Source of the DNA: a virus
Virus record (IMG/VR): IMGVR_UViG_3300046171_000138
Length of the DNA stretch: 64,000 nucleotides
Direction: 5' to 3' (one strand)
Translations under genes and position numbers: made by a program
Part shown: in pieces, positions 1-9,237 of the stretch
Layout of the letters: every line of letters begins with the position of its first letter
How positions within the stretch are numbered: the stretch's first letter is position 1
The notes under the pieces: model-generated
Seen by the model: the letters and a program-made list of their open reading frames with translations, nothing else
Told to the model about the DNA's origin: nothing
Database searches by the model: none

Positions 1-2
1 TC

Positions 3-3000
3 ACTGGTTTCCAAGATACTTCATTACTCTCACAAGCAGAATACATCAACTTTATTGGTGCAGGTGGTTCTGTATCCAGTACACCATCTTCTGCTAGATC
101 TCTACCATATACTATTTCCTTTACTGAATCACAGTATCTGGATAGAATTGATGGTGTATTCCTGAACAAGAAAGGTGAGTTTATTATCAAGCAAGGTAAT
201 TCTTCACTTAACCCAAGCAAGCCAGAAATCATTGAGGATGGTATTCCTCTCTACTATATCTTTATTCCTGCATTCACCAAGTCGAGCAAAGATGTAAGAA
301 TCACTTCTGTTGATAATCGTCGTTTTACGATGCGTGACATCGGCAAACTAGAGAAGCGTATTGAGCGTCTTGAGTATTACACCACGTTGAGCATTCTTGA
401 GCAACAAGCTCTCAACATGCAAGTTAAAGATACTCTAGGTATTGATAAGACCAAGAGTGGATTCCTAGTTGATAACTACGAGACTCATGCTGTAGGTAAT
501 GTCAAATCTATTGATTATCTGTGTTCTATCGATGCACAACAATCTGTATTGAGACCACAGTCCAAAGAGGATAATTTTGCACTAAAGGAAGTTAACACAA
601 GATCCGACCAAAGAAGAATTGCTGGGTATACTAATTCTAATGGTGTTATAACACTACCGTTCTCTAATGTTTCATATGCAAATAATGATTTTGCTACAAA
701 AACTTTAAATCCAAACCCATTTGTTGTCCTACAATATGTGGGTGATGCTGCTGTTCATCCTAATGTTGATCAGTGGTACAATGACACTGTGGCACCTTTA
801 GTTACAGATAACAATACCAATTTGTTCTCTGTATTCCTTGGTAAGCAAGATGTTCGTGTTGCATTCTCAAGTATCTATAATTCGTTTATTATTAACTGGG
901 TTGGTGTAGATAAGTCATTCTACAACCTGAAGAGTTTTGCTGAAAATAATACTAGAACTGCAGAGGCAACTGTGCAGAGTGCGACTACATCAACTTCTTC
1001 TAATATCAGTCCACAAAATAATGAGATTGCGAAGGGTGTAGGATACAAAACTATTAATGGTACTAATGTAGCAAATGCTCTTAAGTTCTTTGCTAGATCT
1101 ATCCCAATCAAATTTATCATTAGAAGAATGAAGCCAAAGACACAATTGAGTGTCTTTATGGAGAAGAGAGACATTGGACGATGGGTTAATCCAGACTCTA
1201 GATTTACAGGTATTGCAGGAAACTCTCTAACGGTATTCAGTGGCAATATTACTACCGATGAGTATGGTAATGCTAGTGGAATTATTCTAGTCCCATCAGG
1301 ATATGCTCCAAAGGAAAACACTTCTTGGACAGGTGATGTCAATACAGTGATTATGGATGACACTTCAGAAGAATTGTATTTCTCTACAGGTGCAAAAACA
1401 ATTAGATTTACTTCTAGTTCTAGTGACTCTGATATCACTACTGTGGATTCTTTCGCAGAAGTTAAGTTCTATGCTACAGGTCTTCTACCCGAAGCACCTG
1501 TGTCCATCATCTCTACAGCACCTGCTATTTTCAAGGCAAACGAGGGCGTTCAAACTATTGATAGCAATACAGAGAATAGTGCAAGACCAAATCCAATGGC
1601 ACAGACTTTCACTGTGGAAAACTTTGAAGGTGGTATGTTTACAACTGGTGTTGATCTATTCTTCAATAAGAAGAGTTCAACTATTCCTTTGAGAGTCTAC
1701 GTCACTAATGTAGAGAGTGGCAAACCTGGCAAGTATATTCTACCTGGAACTCAAACCACTCTATATCCTGATACTTTTATCAAGGTATATTCTTCTGGAA
1801 ACATCACTATTAAAAAGGACGAGTCAATAACTGGTAGACAGAGCCTTGCGTCTGGTCCTATTGCTAAAATTTTGGATAGAAATAACTTTGAAGTTGTTCC
1901 TTCTTCTAATGGAGACATCTTCCTCACTAATGAGCAAGTATATACATTTGTATTGAGTAATCACAATGGCAGTTCTTTTATTGCTAATGAAGATCTGACT
2001 TTAAATTCTGTAACCACATACAACAATGCAAACAATGCCACTATTGGATTGAAGATCGCAAAAGACTCTGGTCGTGTATCTAAACTCAATATTACCAATC
2101 TTGGATCTGGATACGAAAGTGCAACTATTACTATAGAGAGTCCTCAACTACCTGGTGGTAGTAATGCTACTGGATCTGTTAAAGTCTCTGGCGGTCAAAT
2201 CTTCTTTAGCGAAGTTGCGCTAGCAGGTAGAGGATATACTGAAGCACCATCTATTGTTATTAGAGGAACTGGTGCTGGAAACAACGGTGCTGTGATTGAA
2301 TCAGAAATTGAACTTGATGAACCAGCAGTCAGAATGGGTATTGCCATTGATGAAGCAGGATCAATTCAATCTACAACTCCTACTAGATTCAACTTCGAGT
2401 ATCCAGTATACCTACAAAACAATTCTGAATATGCACTCAACATCGAGTGTGACAGTATTGAATATGAACTATGGGCATCTAGACTAGGTGATACTGACAT
2501 CTCTTCTGGTATCGTTGTTAATGCACAACCGTTACTTGGTTCTGTATTCAAATCACAAAATGTAGATAACTGGACTGAAGATCTGTTTGAGGATATTAAG
2601 TTTACTCTATACAGAGCAGAATTTGATAACTCTAGATCTGGAGAAATTCTAATTAAAAACGAAGATCCTGGATACACAAAGCTAGAAAACAATCCAATGG
2701 AGACATATGCGCTTGCAAATAGCACAGCAACATCTAGTCTTTTCAAAAATAACAGTTCTGTTATTAAGGTATACCATAGAGATCATGGGTTTGAAACTGG
2801 CGGAGACTCCAAAGTATTCTTCAGAGGTCTAGAAGATTTTGCTGGATATGATTCCAACACAGTAGAATCATCGTTGTTCCAGGTATCTAATGTTGGTATT
2901 GATACTTATAACATCTATGGTCCTACTAGAGCAGCAGACACTGGATTCTTTGGTGGTTCAACTGTACTAGCATCGTACAATAGAAAGTACGAGAAACTCT

Positions 3001-4370
3001 ATGCACAGATTCCATATCTACAAGTTTCTGGTACAAAGATCGACAGCATGGTAAGAACTACTAATATTGTTCCTGTTGATAGTAATACTACTAATTTTAC
3101 TTCTTATTCTATCTCTGACTTTGAAACTACTTTCTTGAACGAAGAGCAGTATTTCTTGAATCAAAAGGTTGTTGCTTCTACCATCAATGAAAGCTTGAAT
3201 AATCTAGACACTTCTCTAGCATACAAACTTAAGTTGTCTTCAGAGCAATCTTATCTATCACCTGTCATTGATTTGAGATCTGCTTCTGTTAAAACAATCA
3301 CTAACAGAATTGAGAGTGCGGTTGGTAGTGAAGACAGATATGGAAAGAGATATCAACAGATTCAACTCTTCCCTGTCTATAAGTTTACTGTTAGTGGCAA
3401 TGAAGACTCTGGTACTGAAGTTCCTATTGTTATCAATCAAAATGTTACTGGTGTAACATCAGGAGCACAATCAGAAGTTCTTCGTGTCATTGGTAGTGAT
3501 GTATACGTAAAGATTAAGAACTCGGTAAACTTTGATATTGGCGAGCAATTGTTCTTTAGCACACAGTCTGCTGCTGGTGGAGATCTAGAAGGCATTACGG
3601 TTACTATTTCTAATGACGGTATCTTTGACCAGAATCCTAATTTTGTTGCTGGAACTACAGTAACTGCATTCAATCCTGCACAAAGAGTAGATAAGTATGA
3701 GAACAAGATCAGCGGTAAGGTAGTTGTTTGGGATAGCAAGACCAAAACTCTGACTCTTGAAAATGATAAGAATCCCATTAATAACAATTACACCAGTGAG
3801 ATTACACTGGGTAGTGATTATGCAAGAAATAGCACCACAAGTGAGCAACTTGCTGATGTATTCAGAGTAGGAGATCTTATTGACTTTGAGGGAGCTTCGT
3901 TTGAAACTTCCAAGTATGCAGAGATTAGATCTATGACATACACAGTAGGTGTTGATTATGTTAATGAATCTGGATCTGTAAATACTTCTGGTGTTGCCAA
4001 GTATGTTACTAGAGAAATTGTTCTAAACGCTCCTGCTTCTGGAATCAATGTTAATCTCACGGTTAATGTAAGTGATGTCAGCAACTTGCAAGTTCTATAT
4101 AAAGTTAAACCTGAAGCATCCCAACAAAAGTTTGATGACCTTAACTGGGAATACTTCAATAATAACGGTGCTTCCGATGATGATGTTATTGCAACAGCAG
4201 AAAATAGCATCTCGGGTCAGTTTGAATCCCAGTCTTCATATCAAGAATTGAAGTTCAGTAAAGAAGACTTACCTGACTTCTCTTCCTTTGCAATTAAAAT
4301 TGTTATGAAATCTGATAATCCTGCATATGTCCCTAAAATCCAAGACATGAGAGCAGTTGCATCCTTCTAA
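3..4370 (+). CDS. Large virion structural protein (DUF4815/VrlC-like cyanophage baseplate/fibre-associated), 5'-truncated by the window edge
   Basis: The frame is open from position 3 (TGFQDTSLL...RRFTM) into the track ORF 330..4370. Motifs RFTMRDIGKLEKRIERLEYYTTLSILEQ, GFLVDNY, GGMFTTGVDLFF and C-terminal PKIQDMRAVA match my recollection of this cyanophage family. Confidence 0.8.
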   Translation, partial: TGFQDTSLLSQAEYINFIGAGGSVSSTPSSARSLPYTISFTESQYLDRIDGVFLNKKGEFIIKQGNSSLNPSKPEIIEDGIPLYYIFIPAFTKSSKDVRITSVDNRRFTMRDIGKLEKRIERLEYYTTLSILEQQALNMQVKDTLGIDKTKSGFLVDNYETHAVGNVKSIDYLCSIDAQQSVLRPQSKEDNFALKEVNTRSDQRRIAGYTNSNGVITLPFSNVSYANNDFATKTLNPNPFVVLQYVGDAAVHPNVDQWYNDTVAPLVTDNNTNLFSVFLGKQDVRVAFSSIYNSFIINWVGVDKSFYNLKSFAENNTRTAEATVQSATTSTSSNISPQNNEIAKGVGYKTINGTNVANALKFFARSIPIKFIIRRMKPKTQLSVFMEKRDIGRWVNPDSRFTGIAGNSLTVFSGNITTDEYGNASGIILVPSGYAPKENTSWTGDVNTVIMDDTSEELYFSTGAKTIRFTSSSSDSDITTVDSFAEVKFYATGLLPEAPVSIISTAPAIFKANEGVQTIDSNTENSARPNPMAQTFTVENFEGGMFTTGVDLFFNKKSSTIPLRVYVTNVESGKPGKYILPGTQTTLYPDTFIKVYSSGNITIKKDESITGRQSLASGPIAKILDRNNFEVVPSSNGDIFLTNEQVYTFVLSNHNGSSFIANEDLTLNSVTTYNNANNATIGLKIAKDSGRVSKLNITNLGSGYESATITIESPQLPGGSNATGSVKVSGGQIFFSEVALAGRGYTEAPSIVIRGTGAGNNGAVIESEIELDEPAVRMGIAIDEAGSIQSTTPTRFNFEYPVYLQNNSEYALNIECDSIEYELWASRLGDTDISSGIVVNAQPLLGSVFKSQNVDNWTEDLFEDIKFTLYRAEFDNSRSGEILIKNEDPGYTKLENNPMETYALANSTATSSLFKNNSSVIKVYHRDHGFETGGDSKVFFRGLEDFAGYDSNTVESSLFQVSNVGIDTYNIYGPTRAADTGFFGGSTVLASYNRKYEKLYAQIPYLQVSGTKIDSMVRTTNIVPVDSNTTNFTSYSISDFETTFLNEEQYFLNQKVVASTINESLNNLDTSLAYKLKLSSEQSYLSPVIDLRSASVKTITNRIESAVGSEDRYGKRYQQIQLFPVYKFTVSGNEDSGTEVPIVINQNVTGVTSGAQSEVLRVIGSDVYVKIKNSVNFDIGEQLFFSTQSAAGGDLEGITVTISNDGIFDQNPNFVAGTTVTAFNPAQRVDKYENKISGKVVVWDSKTKTLTLENDKNPINNNYTSEITLGSDYARNSTTSEQLADVFRVGDLIDFEGASFETSKYAEIRSMTYTVGVDYVNESGSVNTSGVAKYVTREIVLNAPASGINVNLTVNVSDVSNLQVLYKVKPEASQQKFDDLNWEYFNNNGASDDDVIATAENSISGQFESQSSYQELKFSKEDLPDFSSFAIKIVMKSDNPAYVPKIQDMRAVASF

Positions 4371-4371
4371 T

Positions 4372-4557
4372 ATGAAATATGTAAAAGTCGAAGGACAAGA
4401 AGGATTTGTGCGAGATATGGAAACTGGTGCAATTATTTGCACCAACAAACCTCGTAAATCATTTTCCAATGAATTTAAGAATGTAGTAAGCGAAATAAAT
4501 ACTTTGAAGGAAGAAATGTCCGAAATCAAGTCCCTCCTTAAGCAGCTAATCAAATGA
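4372..4557 (+). CDS. Small conserved phage protein with C-terminal coiled coil
   Basis: MKYVKVEGQEGFVRDMETGAII...INTLKEEMSEIKSLLKQL. ATG lies 1 nt after the upstream stop, with ATGA overlap to the next gene. Confidence 0.75.
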   Translation: MKYVKVEGQEGFVRDMETGAIICTNKPRKSFSNEFKNVVSEINTLKEEMSEIKSLLKQLIK

Positions 4558-7106
4558 CACTACGTAACGTACCAAAGTCTTACACTCTTGAGCAGCAACG
4601 CTTGGAGATTAACGAAATTGCTGTAGATTTGGATACCGCTGTCGATGGTGCAAAAACATTTGGTGGGAGTAAAACATTCTCTAGTGATGTAACATTCCAA
4701 GGCACCGTAGACTTTGACGACATTGCAACATTCAATAGCAGTCCTACCTTTTCTGATAATGTAGCAGCGAACTTTGGTGATGATGCTGATCTAAAAATTT
4801 ATTATGATGGTTCGGTAGGTGTCCTAACATCGTTCATTGATTCTGATGCTTTGCAGATCAGATCAAAGACTGATACTAGTGAACTGTATGTCACAGCTCT
4901 CAAAGATGGTCCTGTCGAACTTTACTATGACGGTGCTAAAAAAATTGCAACTAGTCTTACAGGTGCGACAGTTTTAGGAGATCTTGAAGTTAATGACGAG
5001 TTACATTCTGCATCTGGAACTTTTATTCTAAAAACGGCAGATCAGATAACTCCTGGTCAGATGGTTACCGAAGCTGTTTTTGGTGGATCAATGTATGTAC
5101 CATACGGTTTCAGTACATATCCTATTGGCGACTTCCCTGGTGGTAGTATCAACGAGACATCTACTAATGCTGGATTTAGTGTAAGCAACGGTGGACAGAT
5201 TTATATTGCTAACATTAGTGGAAGTTCTCTCTGGAAGGGTAGACAAGTAGGAACTGCTGGAATCACATCAGAAATCGATGCTCCTGGTAATGCCACGTTT
5301 GCAGGAACCTTGAATCTTGGACCAACTGGTAATACATCTATCACAAGCAATTCTGATGGTGCTGGTGGATATCATACAATGCTTGCAAATAGTAGCACTG
5401 GTGATCTTTACTTAAGAGGTACAGAACTATACATTCAAGACACTGCCAATGCTAATGAAGCATGGATTCATTGCTTACCAAATGCTGGTGTTAAGCTTAA
5501 TTATGCTGGTGCTACGAAGTTTGAAACCACTTCTAGTGGTGTAGAGGTTGGTGGCAACGTAGACCTAACTGATTCTACAGTAGATCTTTACTCTCAAACA
5601 ACAAACACAGGATCGAAAACTTTCCAACTGTTTTCTGATATTGGTGGAACGAAGGTTGAAAAAGTATCTTTACAAGCTAACGGCGATGCCACTTTTGTTG
5701 GAACTGTTGATGCAGCAGCATTTACCATTGGTGGTTCTCCATTCACTGCAGGTAGTATCGCAACCACATCCTCTACTGGTGTTGTACAACCAGATGGCAC
5801 AACCATCGCTGTTGACAGCAATGGTGTTATCAGCGTAGCTGGTGGTGGCGACCCATTCACTGCTAATGGATTCAAGTTTGGCGTCAATGAAGGATCTGGT
5901 CCAACAGCAACACAAGGTGAGATCAGACAGATTAGTGGTAAACCACATTTCTATGATGGAAGTAACTGGCAAGAGTTTATTCTTGGTAGCACTCAAACAG
6001 CTACTATCCCAGCAGAAACTGATTGGGATAAGGTTCTATTAAGATCCACTTTCGATAGTGATTTTAACGACGTAAAGTTTGGTGACACTGGCACTGCTCA
6101 AATTTATGGCGGTATAGCTGCCTCAACCCTTGTAGGAACCCCCGCCAATTATGGAGCGAAAGTTCTAAAAACAGTTGGTAATGGTGTTAGGTATGACGAC
6201 AGAAGTGACTATGATTTCACTAACACATTTACATTAGAGTTTTGGATTAATATAGATTCCGCACCAAACGCTTCTCTGACTGGGGTAAATGATAAGTATG
6301 TTATTGTATCAAAATCTGCTGGCACTCTTGCTGGAAGTAATAATAAAACTGCAGGAGCGACAGGTGGTGGATGGCAACTATATTATGCGTATGTTGGTGT
6401 TAACATAGGATGGAGACTTGACATACATGATACAGCTACTAATACAACTAATACCATAGGTTTTCAAACCGATAGTAGCACGGTTTTTGCTAGCAAATTT
6501 GTACAAAGTTGGAATCATATTGCTTTAGTAAAAGAATCTGATGGACAACTTCATTTTTATGTAAATGGTCTAGAAGATATCACTTGGACAAAGGGAACCT
6601 CCTATAGTGGCACCAATATGTCCAATACTTCCGAACCAATTTTATTTGGAGGAAGTCAAGTATCTACTAACACTGCTGGTATTGTTGATGCATATATTGA
6701 CGATATTCGTTTTACAAAAGATGCTAGATATACATCACTTCAAACTAGTAACACGCAATCTTTCACACCACCAGCAGCAGCACATCCTGTCAGTGGCACT
6801 ACGACAACTTATACACCACCTGCAACTAGCAAGGCTGGTGAGATTACGCTAGGTGCAACTCCTACGTGGACTGGAACAGCAGGAGCAACGGTATCACGAC
6901 AGTCTGCTGGCAACTATGAGCTGAACTTTACAAGTCCATTTACTAATGCCACTGACTACTATGTTATTGCTAATGTCATGGATATTAATGGAACAACGAA
7001 TTTAGAAATAACGAGATCTGCTGACAAGATAGCTTTTAGTGTCCTAGCGGGGGGAAGTGCCACTGATAGTGGATCGATCGCTGTCCAAGTTATTGCACAC
7101 TCATAA
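4554..7106 (+). CDS. Fibre-like structural protein with C-terminal LamG/ConA-like lectin domain (850 aa)
   Basis: Contains fibre beta-repeats (FGDDADLKIYYDG, VELYYDGAKKIAT) and a LamG-type signature FTLEFWIN...WNHIALV...HFYVNG...AYIDDIRFTK. Confidence 0.75.
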   Translation: MTLRNVPKSYTLEQQRLEINEIAVDLDTAVDGAKTFGGSKTFSSDVTFQGTVDFDDIATFNSSPTFSDNVAANFGDDADLKIYYDGSVGVLTSFIDSDALQIRSKTDTSELYVTALKDGPVELYYDGAKKIATSLTGATVLGDLEVNDELHSASGTFILKTADQITPGQMVTEAVFGGSMYVPYGFSTYPIGDFPGGSINETSTNAGFSVSNGGQIYIANISGSSLWKGRQVGTAGITSEIDAPGNATFAGTLNLGPTGNTSITSNSDGAGGYHTMLANSSTGDLYLRGTELYIQDTANANEAWIHCLPNAGVKLNYAGATKFETTSSGVEVGGNVDLTDSTVDLYSQTTNTGSKTFQLFSDIGGTKVEKVSLQANGDATFVGTVDAAAFTIGGSPFTAGSIATTSSTGVVQPDGTTIAVDSNGVISVAGGGDPFTANGFKFGVNEGSGPTATQGEIRQISGKPHFYDGSNWQEFILGSTQTATIPAETDWDKVLLRSTFDSDFNDVKFGDTGTAQIYGGIAASTLVGTPANYGAKVLKTVGNGVRYDDRSDYDFTNTFTLEFWINIDSAPNASLTGVNDKYVIVSKSAGTLAGSNNKTAGATGGGWQLYYAYVGVNIGWRLDIHDTATNTTNTIGFQTDSSTVFASKFVQSWNHIALVKESDGQLHFYVNGLEDITWTKGTSYSGTNMSNTSEPILFGGSQVSTNTAGIVDAYIDDIRFTKDARYTSLQTSNTQSFTPPAAAHPVSGTTTTYTPPATSKAGEITLGATPTWTGTAGATVSRQSAGNYELNFTSPFTNATDYYVIANVMDINGTTNLEITRSADKIAFSVLAGGSATDSGSIAVQVIAHS

Positions 7107-7109
7107 ATA
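7102..7109 (+). promoter_or_regulatory. T4-type late promoter (CATAAATA)
   Basis: TATAAATA-like motif at a gene boundary, 27 nt before the ATG at 7136. Confidence 0.6.
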
Positions 7110-7135
7110 CTAAAATAGAGGAATAGTCTGGTATC

Positions 7136-8560
7136 ATGCCATTAAGAAACGTACCAATTACATATACCCTTGATCAACAGAGGCAAGAGATTAACTCCCT
7201 TGCTTCTGATGTTAATAATATTGATGTCAGCTTTGATGAAAAGGTAGATGATAGAGTCGCTGCCCTATTACAAGGTGGCGTGGGAACAGCGGTTACTTAT
7301 GATGATGCTAATGGATCCCTAACAATTGATCTAGCATTCAATGAGTTTTCCACAAGTTCTGTTCTGGAAGGTACTAACCTTTACTATACAGATGCCAGAG
7401 CAAATACTGCTATTGACACGAGAGTAAATCAAAATTTTGTTAACAACCTGAACATCACTAATCTTGGTCCTCAAGATTCTATTACTCTTTCTCTAGGCGA
7501 GACTACTAAAACATTAACTCCTCTTAACTATAATAATACATCATGGGATGCTGCATATAGTTGGGGTGATCATGGTGCTGCAGGATATCTGACTGCTTAT
7601 ACAGAAACTTCTACTTTAGATAATGTACTATCCAGAGGTGCTTCATCTTCACAAACGGCATCTTTTGGTATAGTAAAATCCGATACATTTACATCACAAA
7701 CAGGGTCAACAAACCTGTCTCTGACTGGAAATAATATTATTGCTACAGCAGATTTAAGAGTTGGTACTATTGATACTTCTCTATCTAATGACTATGGTGT
7801 CAGAGTAAATGCTGATGGTGAAGTTATTATCAACCATGCGCCATCAAATGGTGGTCTAACTCTTAAATCTGGTGGTAACTCTACATTCACTGTTGATAAT
7901 TTAGGAAGATTGAATGGTGTTGTTAAGTTTGTAACGTCTGACGGAAGTGCAGGTCAATCTCTACAAACTGATGGTTCTGGACAATTGGTTTGGGGCGAAG
8001 GTGGTGGAGCAAATGTCGAAGTAAGTGACAGTCCACCGTCTGGAGCCACCAGTGGAGATATGTGGTGGGAGAGTGATTCAGGTCGCTTGAAAGTCTACTA
8101 TGATAATGGAGCTAATCCTGCAGCATGGGTTGATGCATCTCCCCCACTCAAGATTAGTGCTCCCAATTCTGCTTTTGCAAACAACACGGGAAGTCTATCT
8201 GCAGACTCCCCTTCGGATCCTATCTTTGAAGATACTAACGGTGTCTTTAATGTAACTATTCAAGTTAGTACATTCACTAAAAATAGAATTAGTGTTCTAT
8301 TAGGATCTGTAACAGGATCTAATAATACTAATGGCACTGTTATTCTACAAAGAGTTGTAGGAGCAACTACTACTGATATTTGTACAGTTAAGTGTCCTGA
8401 TCCATCTGTAACTGGTATCATTCCAATTGCATTTGACTTCATCGATTTGCATGGACTGAATACTGGAGATAATGTCACTTATCAATTATCTCTAACACTG
8501 AATGTTTCTGGTACTAGAACTGTATCAGAAACAAGTCAGTTATTTGTTACTGAAATTTGA
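7136..8560 (+). CDS. Fibre-like structural protein (474 aa)
   Basis: Its N-terminus is paralogous to the 4554 gene. It carries the modules DGSAGQSLQTDGSGQLVW and VSDSPPSGATSGDMWWESDSGRL typical of phage fibres. Confidence 0.7.
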   Translation: MPLRNVPITYTLDQQRQEINSLASDVNNIDVSFDEKVDDRVAALLQGGVGTAVTYDDANGSLTIDLAFNEFSTSSVLEGTNLYYTDARANTAIDTRVNQNFVNNLNITNLGPQDSITLSLGETTKTLTPLNYNNTSWDAAYSWGDHGAAGYLTAYTETSTLDNVLSRGASSSQTASFGIVKSDTFTSQTGSTNLSLTGNNIIATADLRVGTIDTSLSNDYGVRVNADGEVIINHAPSNGGLTLKSGGNSTFTVDNLGRLNGVVKFVTSDGSAGQSLQTDGSGQLVWGEGGGANVEVSDSPPSGATSGDMWWESDSGRLKVYYDNGANPAAWVDASPPLKISAPNSAFANNTGSLSADSPSDPIFEDTNGVFNVTIQVSTFTKNRISVLLGSVTGSNNTNGTVILQRVVGATTTDICTVKCPDPSVTGIIPIAFDFIDLHGLNTGDNVTYQLSLTLNVSGTRTVSETSQLFVTEI

Positions 8561-8568
8561 AATAAATA
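8561..8568 (+). promoter_or_regulatory. T4-type late promoter (AATAAATA)
   Basis: Intergenic motif followed by a GGAGAG SD and the ATG at 8592. Confidence 0.6.
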
Positions 8569-8591
8569 ACTAAACGGAGAGATCTTAAGCA

Positions 8592-9236
8592 ATGGCAATC
8601 TTATTCCCAGATACCGCTGGACAACCCACAGACGGTTCATTCACACATACCGATGGTGGGTTAACCTGGATCTGGAATGGAACCAGCTGGAGATCCAGTG
8701 GCGGAACCCTGGATACATTCCAATTACCCACAGCAAGTACCACAGTATTGGGTGGTGTTAAGGTAGATGGTTCTACAGTTAACATTGATGCTAATGGTGT
8801 CATCACTGCCTCTGGTGGCGGTGGAGGTGGCGGCGGTGGAGGTACTAGTCTAGGAAGTAGACAAACTTTTAATGCTTCTACTAGTGGTTCTCATTCCGAT
8901 GGCACATCAGAAAATATTACTATTACTGCATACAAAGGATATGCATTATATAAAGTTGAAGTATCTCAACCAGCATGGGTAACTTTGTATGTTAGTTCTG
9001 CTACTAGAACTTCTGATGCTAGTAGAGTAATCACACAAGATCCTGCTCCTGGCAGTGGAGTAATTGCAGAAGTAATTACACAATCATCTGCTGAAACTGT
9101 ATTGTTTACTCCAGCATTGATTGGATATAACGATGACGCTACTCCAAGTACAAACGTATACTTGAAAGTTGTAAATAAAAGTGGATCTACACAAGGTATC
9201 GACGTAGAGCTAACGGTAACACAACTAGAGGCATAA
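8592..9236 (+). CDS. Small fibre-associated structural protein (214 aa) with poly-Gly hinge
   Basis: N-terminal FPDTAGQP...TWIWNGTSW module, LPTASTTVLGGVKVDG motif and a G10 linker. Confidence 0.7.
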   Translation: MAILFPDTAGQPTDGSFTHTDGGLTWIWNGTSWRSSGGTLDTFQLPTASTTVLGGVKVDGSTVNIDANGVITASGGGGGGGGGGTSLGSRQTFNASTSGSHSDGTSENITITAYKGYALYKVEVSQPAWVTLYVSSATRTSDASRVITQDPAPGSGVIAEVITQSSAETVLFTPALIGYNDDATPSTNVYLKVVNKSGSTQGIDVELTVTQLEA

Positions 9237-9237
9237 A

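Noticed and set aside
8815-8845. Poly-Gly GGN run as a contingency (slippage) locus
   Set aside because: The codons are mixed (GGT/GGC/GGA) rather than a pure simple repeat, so it is best read as a flexible protein hinge.
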